Source: Setoptus koraiensis (lineage: Eukaryota > Animalia > Arthropoda). From it: 64,000 bases of DNA. Position 1 is the first letter of the stretch. Each line of letters starts with the position of its first letter. The DNA lies in contig CM106585.1 in NCBI GenBank assembly GCA_048013815.1, positions 1,240,001 to 1,304,000 of the forward strand, read 5' to 3'. The position numbers were made by a program, and so were the translations under genes. The notes beneath the pieces are model-generated. The model was not told the origin of the DNA. It did not search any database and was given only the letters and a program-made list of their open reading frames with translations. This document shows, in pieces, positions 1 to 12,652 of the stretch.

Positions 1-50
1 TCGCTTAAAAGTTCCCATTTTCGTCCATTTTCGTTGTTGCTATGTTCCAT
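1..50 (-). CDS. Possible start of a divergent minus-strand gene running off the window (MEHSNNENGRKWELLS...)
   Basis: ATG at 50-48, open to the window edge (16 codons). Too short to identify, and no family motif. Confidence 0.2.
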   Translation of the reverse strand, partial: MEHSNNENGRKWELLS

Positions 51-306
51 AGCTAAAGAAATAATAGCGCTTTTGTTAAAATTTTGTACTGATCAAATAT
101 TTTACAAAAAATACCACTCTCTAACGTTAAGTAAAATTGTTTTGTTTACTTTAACCTATTTTGAGGAGAAACGGAGAGTGTTGTTAGTAACTTATGTAAA
201 AATATTTATCAAGTTCTTATAGCGAAGAATTCTGGGTAAAACACCGTTAGGCTAATCTTTAGTCGAATTTTTTGTTCTAGATTTTATCCAAAAGCTCTAA
301 ATTGAG

Positions 307-366
307 TGGGCGGTGACAGGTTCGAACTGCCGACCCCCTCGGTGTGATCGAGATGCTCTACCAACT
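307..366 (-). pseudogene. 5'-truncated bacterial-type tRNA-Val fragment (tRNA positions about 14-73; anticodon CAC at 346-344)
   Basis: Minus strand reads AGTTGGTAGAGCA-TCTCG-ATCACAC-CGAGG-GGGTC-GGCAG-TTCGAAC-CTGTC-ACCGCCC-A. The anticodon arm, T arm and 3' acceptor strand are intact. The 5' acceptor strand and 5' D stem are replaced by unrelated AT-rich sequence, and there is no CCA. It resembles bacterial tRNA-Val(UAC) genes rather than eukaryotic tRNA-Val. Confidence 0.8.
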
Positions 367-634
367 CTAAAATATACTATGACAAGATTAAGATGGCTTG
401 CAAGTTGCAACTTGCAGATCATATGGTTCACAATAATAAATCGGTCGCAAATAGTTTTTCATCTGACAGCGCTCACTGTGCGGACATTGTGTCGCCTTGT
501 GTTCGGTTGTCCTCGGCAAGAAAGTCGAAATCCGCCGCACGGAAAATACACTGTGGAAGTTAGCGTAGCTTTTCTAGTTAAAAAAAATTGTTATTGCGAC
601 TACCCTCCACAATAACTTGTAATAATAATAATAC

Positions 635-1774
635 ATGTATATCAGAGAGCTATCAATAATTATTTATCACTTGAACCGTTGTTGGACCGTAACAGTTAGC
701 TTTATGATGTATTCAGGAGGAGGTAGCAGCAGATTTAACAATTTTCAAAATCATAACCGTACTCATGGAACCCAAGAACCAGATTCTTCAATGAATAGAA
801 ACTGTACCGACCTGGTTCTTCTAGATAGAACAAGCTCAACTATACCCCCAATTGGTAATTCCGTCCTTGATTCAACAGAAAACTCAATATTCACTGCCAA
901 CCTTAGTGATGTCGCTATAATGAGCCAAGTTCTCAAAGAGATCAATCATGTCAACGACAAGTCTGTCTTTGTGATAAACAAGCAAGGAGTTAGGATAGTT
1001 ACGTCGGGTGAACCTTCGTTCCAAGTGTCCGTGCTGTTTGAGAAAGAAATGTTTGAAACTTATGTATATAATTCAAATCAGGACACAGAATTTGGATTTC
1101 TATTGAAACACTATATCCAGTGTCTTAATTTACTCTGTGATGATTTGGCCAACGACGATGATAGTCAAGTACATACCAATAACACTTCACGGTTTCCAAC
1201 ATCTTTGTATATGCAGTATAGAAGTAGGGGGGACCAAAAGAAGCTCAAGTTGGAGTTGGGATCGTACACGGCAAGAATTGATTTGAAATCTTTTGAAGCC
1301 GAAGTTCTGCCTCTAGGATACGGAGAAGGTGATGATGGAAACATTGGAAGCATCACCTTTAATTCAAGTAAATTCTACGAATTGATAAGTAGTCTGGATT
1401 TTTCCAGCAACTTCATAGAGATATCTTTGGAGAATTCGGGTACCCCTTTGAAATTGACAACAAATTCAGAGTTAGGTCAAGTTGAAGTAGTAGTCGTTGA
1501 CAGCCCACAGGAAAACATCATCATTGGTGGAACCAACAAATGTCCCTTATCTTCCACGTTCAATTTTAGATATAGAACAAGTTTTATGAAACCTGCTATA
1601 CAAGCATTAACAACTTCGTCAAGAGTAACTCTCAAATGCGATAGTTACGGACTACTATGCCTAGAGCACATAAAGAGTTACAACACTGCAACGTCATCAC
1701 AAGAAAACGTTCAGAGGAAATGCTCCGTAGAATATTATATGATGTCTGAAGCAAGTGAGGCAGAACTATACTGA
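635..1774 (+). CDS. RAD1: Cell cycle checkpoint protein RAD1 (9-1-1 clamp subunit), intronless; true start may be ATG 704
   Basis: 379-aa ORF with Rad1/Rec1-family segments: FTANLSDVAIMSQVLKEI, GVRIVT...QVSVLFEKEMFETYVY, FRYRTSFMKPAIQALTTSSRVTLKCDSYGLLCLEHI and C-terminal VEYY. Confidence 0.85.
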   Translation: MYIRELSIIIYHLNRCWTVTVSFMMYSGGGSSRFNNFQNHNRTHGTQEPDSSMNRNCTDLVLLDRTSSTIPPIGNSVLDSTENSIFTANLSDVAIMSQVLKEINHVNDKSVFVINKQGVRIVTSGEPSFQVSVLFEKEMFETYVYNSNQDTEFGFLLKHYIQCLNLLCDDLANDDDSQVHTNNTSRFPTSLYMQYRSRGDQKKLKLELGSYTARIDLKSFEAEVLPLGYGEGDDGNIGSITFNSSKFYELISSLDFSSNFIEISLENSGTPLKLTTNSELGQVEVVVVDSPQENIIIGGTNKCPLSSTFNFRYRTSFMKPAIQALTTSSRVTLKCDSYGLLCLEHIKSYNTATSSQENVQRKCSVEYYMMSEASEAELY

Positions 1775-1783
1775 AGATTATGA

Positions 1784-3509
<1,726 letters not shown>

Positions 3510-6500
3510 TTAGAGACAGTTAGAACGTTGATGAGTTGTCTGATATCCAGTAAATGGATGGGCACTTAAGCTAAAGCGTCAATAAGAATGGTAAATATGA
3601 AGTGAAACATTCTAATCAGGACTGATTACAGATGCGATTTTAAATCATATTTTCAATGTTTTCACTTGGTTCATACAGCGGCAAAATTGAATCTCATCAT
3701 GATGTCACTTGACTGTAGTGAAATAGTCTACCACCAGGGCGCACTACTGTGATCGGATTGAACCGAACAGAAAGTTCTGCCGTACTAATGATAAACTAGA
3801 CGTTGGGGTTCCTTTCGAAACAAGAGAGTTTAGAAAGACTAAAGTTAGCCATACGTAATTCAACAAATAAATAAAATCTGTCTGTTCTTTGTTATAACTA
3901 TGAATATACGAATAATTTCAGCACGACTTATCCGACACTCTTAGGCATAGGGAGGAATCTATCCTTTTTTAAGTGATATTCATTATTTTGTTTTGATATA
4001 CATATATGTATGATTGATATATTTTCATTGGAAATATGAACCGCGGCACTGGATGAACCAAACACCCCTTCCTCCGTATAGCCCTACATTTATAAATTTA
4101 CATTTGTACAAAATTTTACATAATTATCATGTATAACAAATTTTTTTTTTTTTTTGATGATATCATAATACTTGAAAGACTGTATTCAGATATGGCACTT
4201 GAGTCTCATGTTACTATGAGTTTGTCTTTCGTGTATCTATTCTGATTAATTTTCTTAATAACGATTTTAGGGATAAAAGAATGCATCAAACTATTTTATT
4301 TGGTTTAATGAAGTCAATCTCTCTCATCTCGGTGGCTTCTTACCACCTGCACCTATATCAAGTTGCTTTATTTGAGTATAGATGAAGGATACTTCCAGCA
4401 AAATAGATTGATGGCATGATCGACTATAACAATGTTGTTAGTTATCATGAGAGTGCATTGAATATGAAAAGGTGTCCGCTTCATCAAGTTTATATTCTCA
4501 TGAATGGGTATGTTCTAATAGAGTATTTAAATTGGAGAACGTGTCAGTTTCAAAGTGCAATTGTAATCAAGTAAATCTGTGCACGTAACTTGAAGATATG
4601 GACAACAATATAATGATATTATTTGCTGGGAGATTAACATGAAGGAGGAAGAAGGGGAGAGAGAGTTGATTGAATGCAATTTAATTCTAATCATGAGACA
4701 GTGTTATAGGTCATCAACCCCATCATGCCAAAGACAAATTGCTGCCTCAGTAATCATCTAAGTTTTGAGACACGCACAGTCTTGATCTCGAGCAAAGTTT
4801 CCATTACGGACCTCTGCTACTTCTGTAATGCTACAAGGGGATATTATTACTATACAAATAAAGCCTCACTAAGAACTTTAAATATTCTTGTCTCACCCAT
4901 TGATATATCTTATTTTGATACACAATTGTATTAATGGTGGTTTAGTCTAAACAAAAGATCAAATAGCGACGCATACGTATCATAGTTTGCCGCAGTATCG
5001 TCCCAAGGAACGTATTCAAAGGAATCATCTAGAGTCCGTCCAAAGGATTACGCAAACATTTGTGATCAGTGGATTCATTGTTTTGCCGTTGCTGTCGTTT
5101 ATGGTTCTGTCTATACTTAATCCTACTAATAACAGCATTATATTTTTAATTTATCTAATACATCATTGTGGTGGTTAGTCAATAGTTGCACTCGTATGTT
5201 AGGGTGCTTGCAAGAAATTTCAGTTTTCATTAAGATGGAAAAGAGTTACACGACACTTTTGTTGCTTGTGCTAACAAGAATCATTGTGCTTTACTTCCTT
5301 GCCCCGTTCTTGTTGGGCCTCTCATTGAAAGAAGCCAATTTCCGTTGAGATGAACAAAGCTTTCGACGAGATATTAGGGCACGAACAAAAATCGGGTGGC
5401 AAAAGTGTTTGGCATTCTGGTAAGTGGATTGACTCGCTGTGATAGATTTTGTTTTGTCATATTAATTATGAGTGTTTTATTCCAGGAACGGGAGGCTCTA
5501 ATGAGTAGAGGCAAATGTTCTATAGAGCCTGAAACTTGACACGTTTCACGTGACTCGTTCTTGGTGGGTCTTTTCATCTAAGTGAGAAAAGAAATGTTGC
5601 CATATAGCATTGTATATGCATTATAGTACAACTGGCCACATGTGTAGCGAGCAACAATGTAATATTACAAAGTGGTTATTAGGACTATAGCCGTTCTTAT
5701 AACTTGGTTAGATTGATGGTTCAGAAATAGAAACTATCCTATTAAGGCTGTTCACTCAGGAGGTTCAGCCTATTGAGATCAAATAGGCTATAGTATAGGC
5801 AGCATAAAATGTGCATCTATAATATATATACGTATATATCTATTACCTATTACATAACATCAAATTACTAAAATTCAACTTAATCATTTCAACATGTGAT
5901 ATTTTTATTGCTATCAACAAATCCAAACTAAGACTATAATACTCGAACGAGCATTCGATTTCATTTGTGTGACGACAACAATAGATTTGCATATTGCTGA
6001 TGGACTGCAATAACTAATAACCTACGCGAGAGTTGCGTCGGTGAAATGAACTTTCTGATACAAAGTATGTTTCCTATGTACCAGTCAGTCGAATAACCGC
6101 TATCTGCTAAGACGTGTGATGTGTTACTTCATAGTGGCGAACACGACTGTAGTCAGAAATTTAAATTGATTCATTTATTAGCCCACCATCCTACATATAC
6201 ATATGTTTTGGACCATACTCCTACCAAAGAATGAACACTTTCAACTTACCTGTTGTTTAATAACTGACCAGTTTGGAAGCACATGTTTTACATACATGTT
6301 CCCATCATCCCAATGTATGTTCTTAGTTTGACAATTGCTACTTGTGGTTGCGGCCTCAAAAAATAAATTTCGCACATGTTGTTATCCGATATGTTTTCGT
6401 AAATGATCCGTTACATATATCACCAAAAATCATTCAATTCGCTCATGATTTCAGGTGAAATGTGCTGTCATTTTTGTTAATTGTCGAGCACGTGACTTTG

Positions 6501-7096
6501 ATGTGCCGTAAAGCGTGGTGATGATAAGCCTTTTAGCTGACAATTCCTGTATTCAATCTTGATTATGCACATGTGGTCCAGCATATAGCAGCAAGTTGCA
6601 GTATGTTACAGTTGATATAGTCGTTGCATGAGAGATTTGTTTCGTTGAACAAGCTGAATGTTACATAACAAAAAATGTATCCAGTAAATGCTGAACAATT
6701 GTACAATGGCCCCTCATGATTCCAGGATTATTAGATAGAAAGCCGTAACATTATTTACCGTTTGATTCATTCGCAGTGACTCTAGAGAACTTTCTAGGGT
6801 ATACTTGCATCATGACAACATTTCCATCTGCTAACCATATATCAGATGACTGTTGAATGTAATAAATGTTTGTTCTTTTATTATGTAATCCAATTTCATT
6901 TTTCTTTCTTTCTTTCTCTTTTACTTCTACGTATACTGTTACTGGTCTTATTGGGTAGGTGCTCTTATATGTATTAATATGAATACAATTGTAAGGTATT
7001 TGTTTTGTATGTTTGTGTGTCTTGTTTCACCATAACTCTAACAGACTCTATAGTATATAGTACGGACTGTCCAAATAGATAGCAAACATACAGAGA

Positions 7097-7120
7097 CAAC
7101 AACAACAACAACAACAACAA
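7097..7120. repeat. (CAA)n microsatellite
   Basis: 8 perfect CAA units. Confidence 0.9.
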
Positions 7121-8327
7121 AAGCGAAACAGTTATTCAGCGGATAATAGATAGCGGTTAATTAAAACAAGTTTACAAACAAACAATGGACCTCGCTCTGT
7201 TATGGGGGCGCTGGCCCACGAGAACAGGCCGCAACGAGATCCGCTCTCATGTGATGTGCATTGTTTGACACAGGTTTGGTAAGAATGGTTACACTGATGT
7301 CTGGTCTTTATCACTAGTCTTCAAAGTATTAACTGCAAACCATTATTCATTAGAGGGGCTATTCAGTTGCATCGAATGCCTCACAAAGCGACAGAAAAAG
7401 CACTCGTCGGGCCTAAACAAAAGGTAACAAGCTTAGGTATTGTTGAGTATAGTTTTCGTTAGTTTTCTAAATGAATATGTTAATAATCAACAGCAGTAGT
7501 AGCAGTAGCAATAATTGCTAGCTCAGCACCATCAACGAGATTTAAACAACTTCTTCGAGTTCAAGATAGAGTGATGAGGTGGCATAATTGGTTCAATCAA
7601 CAAACGTCATGCCAATTGCAAGTTTCATCAAGATATGGATTATATTGTAACTGTGTTTGTAGTTCCTGAGCGAGATACTTCAATTGGGGGCTGCCAGAAG
7701 GTTCTAGAGACAAAGAAAAGGAAAAAGAATACAAGTGTATCAGCTGAGACTCACACATAGATTCATACAGTATGCACAAAATGATAATCAGCACTATCAT
7801 TTTGAATGCAGTATATTGGCACAATATGCATATTGGCACACGGTGTTGTTATTGGCACGCGAGACACTTTTGCGCAGATGTGTTCACTGGTGAATACGTA
7901 ACTGTTTTCATTGGTAATGGTTGGCGCGCGCTTTCAACTTATTTACTCGTGAGTTTGCGAGTTGAGTTGCGCAGATTTGTGCGTAATAAGCGTATATATA
8001 CCAATAGCGTACATACATGTAATATAAGCGCATTTGCCAGCGCTGCGAGAACATGGTGTTGGCCCCATCGCAGTTGAATGAACGATTCATAAATGATTAT
8101 TGAGCCCATCTCACAGGGGCTCACAAAGCCTGCTCATATAATCTCACATAATGCATTTAGAAAGTGGAAGTAGCCGTGGAGCATAACAACAACTACTGAA
8201 TCAACTCAACAAACCTAACTAACTGAAAAAGAACAACAACAAGTAAGTCAAACTAAACAATAAATTCTATTGTGCAATAGAGTGTGGTGATAACAGTAAT
8301 AGTTATAATAATAGTAGTAGTACTAGC

Positions 8328-8349
8328 AATAATAATAATAATAATAATA

Positions 8350-8380
<31 letters not shown>

Positions 8381-8409
8381 TAGTGATAGTTATAGTAATA
8401 ATAATAATG
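8328..8409. repeat. (AAT)n microsatellite, imperfect
   Basis: Long run of AAT with occasional AGT/GAT variants. Confidence 0.9.
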
Positions 8410-9879
8410 ATTATTTAAGATCGGACGAGCAGGACGCGCGATCAAAAGGCGGACACAATTGAATAGAGTTGTCGCTGTTTGTTAGTTTGATTCATTCGCA
8501 AAGCGACGACGAAGTTGGTTAAAAACTCTTGCAAATATTGCAAGTCCCGACAAAAACCAAGGAACCGAAGCAACGCTAAACGATCTTGAATAGGCACTGA
8601 TATGAGTTGGTCTAGTGTGCGATATCATTGACAGTACCCACAACAGCAGCAGCAACAACAGCAGCAACAACAACAACAACAGAGAGGCAGAGGGATCTGC
8701 CTGCATCTGAATAATAATAATTTTAATGAGAGCCAAGAGCAAACATAATAACGACAGAGTAAGCTAGACAAGACATTAGTTTATCGTATCATCATGTTGT
8801 GGCCCATCTCTCGGTATAGTCTCAAGTCACTATGACTAGAGAAGTATGAATGAATTAATTCTTAACAAACAGATAAAACATTTCACTGTCTTTCGCAACA
8901 TTGAGATTTAATATCTGGCCGTAGAAGCCGCCACTTCAAGCAAACAGAAGAGAGATAAACAGACAGACAGACAGGCAGACAGAGATGCAAAAGAAAATAA
9001 ATATTGTCAAACTAGCGTTACCATTGGTCATGCAAAACGAGGATTAAAAAAGAGAAAAGAACATCATCGACGACAGATCACATCCGATTTAATACACATT
9101 ATTATCACACACTAACGGAGAAATTGTCGTCATTTGTAGCAGAGGAAAATCAATTCAATCAATCGTCACAAAATTCACTATCGCTATGTTCAAACATGCC
9201 AATGGTTTATAATTATCAAAAGTTTATGGAACAAAAAGAATTTAAACGGCACTATATCTAATAGCTCACACGAGTAAAAAACAAAAGATAATCACCAGCT
9301 ATTACATTAGCTACACTAATGATTGGTGACAATTAGGCCCAAATAGTTCACTCAACAACAAGCAACAGATCTATTATCAGCATCAACAGTTAACGGAATA
9401 ATAATGATGTTTTACTTGGTTCATTGTTTGATTACAATCTCAGCATCACCATGACAACACGAGAGATGTGTCTGTGTTTAGGCAATTAATGGGTACTAAT
9501 AGTAGTGAGTTCATACATAACATCCAGATAAGTTTCATTGATTCATTCAAAACATTTGTCGGCTCAACTACAAGTGAATCCTCAGTGCTTCAATTGTTAC
9601 ACATACACAAACGATCATCAACTGGAGTGCCTTAATTGAACTAAGATAAGATATATGAGAGAGAAAGCGAGAAATTATTATTGTTAGTGAAATATGCGAG
9701 TATATATGAGAAGCGTATACCAACAGTTATAGACTATTCGAAATCGACAATCATTTATCACACGAACGTACACACACACAAAATTGAAACATAACTCACT
9801 CATTCATTTATTTTGTCCATAGTGCTGATCGTTTAGCATTTCGATAGTAGCCAAATATGCATGTTTAGAGTTAACAAAA

Positions 9880-10160
9880 ATGTCGTATACTGAGGTAAAT
9901 AGAAATCATCATTTGATAAAACGCGGAACATTTCGAAAATTTCATGCTACATCCTCATATCTTCATATCAAATCATTTCATCTCATCAATAGAGACATCA
10001 GTCAGCAACAACGACAGCAACGGTTAAAAAGAGTAGCAATATTAAGAGAGAGATAAATGTAGCAATGAACTCGGGTTCTTCAACATTGTTAGACAGACAT
10101 TGCAAACAAACTACTACGCACCAGGGTAGTAGTAGTGGTGGCGGTAATAGGTCTGCTTGA
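9880..10160 (+). CDS. Spliced 60-aa upstream ORF (9880-9894 joined to 9993-10160), or the true 5' part of the receptor CDS
   Basis: AAAAATG start context, GAG/GTAAAT donor at 9895 and pyrimidine-rich acceptor ending at 9992. Reads MSYTE/RHQSATTTATVKKSSNIKREINVAMNSGSSTLLDRHCKQTTTHQGSSSGGGNRSA-stop. Confidence 0.4.
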
Positions 10161-10239
10161 TAAACAAGATAACGATGCAAACAGAAGCAAACTTGATGAC
10201 GACGAACAACAAGAATGCAAAGTTGCGAATGACACAACA

Positions 10240-12609
10240 ATGACACAGGTCATTTATCCCACCATTCATGGGGACAAGAAGATATGTTGCCGAAATTATT
10301 CATCCTCTACCTGTGCTGATACTGACAATAGTGATTCACCAGAGTCATCAGCAATTCATATCAAAGTGACTTCAAATAGAGAATATAAGATTACTAAATA
10401 TGACAACAAACAACATACAAATAACAATGCGTTGACAGTGTCTAGGTGGTTGAACACCGTTATCACTTGGCAACATAACCATGAGGAAGAATCTGACAAA
10501 AGTAACATGTTCAAGTTATTTTCCATGATGTTGCTTATAACCTTGATGGCCTTTAGCTATCTCACAATTGAGATTGAGGCATCTTTTATCGCCTCAAGCG
10601 TTGTCAAACGACAGTCAACTACAACCCCGTCGAGTAATACCGACATTAATCGCAAGAGTGGAAATATATTCATAGTGGATAATTCAAAAATCAGACATAA
10701 CGAAGATGAACAAATGATAAACAAGATTATATTAGAAAAATGCAAAGCAGGCAGACTAATATTGGACAACCTTCAACTATTCGAAGTGCCTTCTATGTTA
10801 GGTTTATCAATTGAACTAGACAATAGCATCAGTATAGATAATAATAACAATGATGAAAATAGTACAAAAGTTGATGAATTTTCATTAAGCCCATTGAAAC
10901 AATTGAAATTATTGTGAGTACTCATCAGAGAACTAATCTAGATTTACTGTCACATGTCAGCCGATATCAAATACTGAGTGCCTCTTGTGAAACTTTTTTC
11001 CAATTTTGCAGGAGCTTGGCGCACAATCGACTTACTCTTTTGCGGAAATTTTCGTTCAGGAACCTAGACAATCTGAGAGCGCTGTATGTATCAAATATAA
11101 TGATTTTGTATCGAGTTCATTATTCCGGATTATCAAACGATCATTAAATATGACATTACTGTTCTTTGTTGACTTGTCTCATAGAAACCTGAGAAACAAC
11201 TCCATACGGGTCATAGATCCTAATGCCTTTCAACGCTTGTCCTCGTTGACAGTATTGTAAGTATCTAGACGTTGTTTTAATTTTCAATCAACTTGTTTCG
11301 CACTTTTGCGTCTAACACAACTCTATTTTCTTTTCACAATGTACTCAAAAAGAATTTTGAGCAACAATATTTTAGAATATTTCCCTAGAGAAGCGTTATT
11401 TGCCTTGACCGAATTGCAGCACTTGTAAGTATCGAGTGGTTATCATCCACTTGATAGTTGAAATGAAATGACACTTACTGGTTTGAGTGAAAGTATCCCA
11501 ATATTATCGATGAGTGTTATCAACTTATACCGTCTTGACTTCTCGATAAATTATCCATATATTGAAACGTAAAAGGAATCTAGCAAAGAATCGCATTCTG
11601 ACACTTGGGACTGAATTACTTTTGCCAGGTAATTCGAAGCTCACAGCACTCAACCTCAGAGGAAATCCAATCAAATACATATTGCCAAGTGCATTGGTTA
11701 ACTTAAATCAACTTGAAACACTGTGAGTAAACGTCATATTACTTAAATTTTTGCTTCAGATATTGAACGTTCCTATCGAGTTATCAAGTGATTCGAAACA
11801 ATTTTCAGTCTAGTCACGGAGGGCATAGTTGAAGAAAAAATGTGCTCGAGTTGGTGTGTTGCATGAATTTTTTGGTCAATCGCCTAGATCAAACAATTTA
11901 GGCACAATATAATGGGATAATATAACTATATACAATACGATTCATGGTTGTCTAAGAGGAACTACTCCCGAGAGGCGCTTGGTGGTCAATCTCATTCAAC
12001 TTGATACGTCTCACATAGAGGTCACCATGTTAATCATTAATTACGTGTACGTGATTTCTATGATTATACCTCCGAAAGTTATTTTGCCTTTCTAAACCAA
12101 CTAGTATTTTTGGAATATATCAAAGCGAATAAGTTATATGGCGCAAAGAAGCTGCAGTTTTTATCTCTCCGGCAGAAGTCAGTCATGACAACAATGCAAC
12201 ACAAGCCTTGGCACCAACCATGATTTGTAGGTGATTGATGATGAAATATTTTCATTTTTTTCGCTTTTTTTCTTTCGCTTAACACCGTGGCCTTGTTTCA
12301 CAATTGTTGCAGAGCAGAGGCTTTCGTGTCACTCAAGGTGTGACAGAAAATCACTTGAATGAGCTAATCTTATCATCATCATCTGATAACGAGATAGAAT
12401 AACTGCTGATGTTAGTGACCCCCTACCCCCACCCCAAACACAAGTTACAATTGGTGGCACATTAATATTCATTCAATATTTTCTCCACTTCTGTGACTAG
12501 TGCTTTTTTCGACTCACTATTATTATATTATAGGCCGGAAATAGACGGATAACTGAATCTTGGCAAGCATAGACGCATAGTTAGGTTAGTTTGGTCTATA
12601 CGTTTGCGC

Positions 12610-12652
<43 letters not shown>

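Noticed and set aside
12-33. Direct repeat CCATTTTCG x2 and GCTATG/CATAGC hairpin, resembling integrase arm-type sites near the tRNA fragment
   Set aside because: Only two copies, about 280 bp from the fragment, and equally explained as codons of the minus-strand ORF starting at 50. No integrase in the window.
313-615. 100-aa plus-strand ORF (MTGSNCRPPRCDRDALPT...)
   Set aside because: GTG start; its first 18 codons are the antisense of the tRNA fragment; no family motif.
4141-4155. T15 tract as a possible retroposon poly(A) tail
   Set aside because: No target-site duplication, nearby poly(A) signal or element body could be identified.
4987-5348. Resemblance of short ORFs to ORMDL (IVLYFL) or PEN-2 (GF..LP....WLVN)
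   Set aside because: Only a few residues match, they fall in different frames, and no splice sites join them. These families are conserved enough that a true orthologue would be obvious.
5960-6130. Minus-strand 56-codon stretch containing VLADSGY, reminiscent of a DDE transposase motif
   Set aside because: Single short motif bounded by stops; no other catalytic motifs or terminal inverted repeats.
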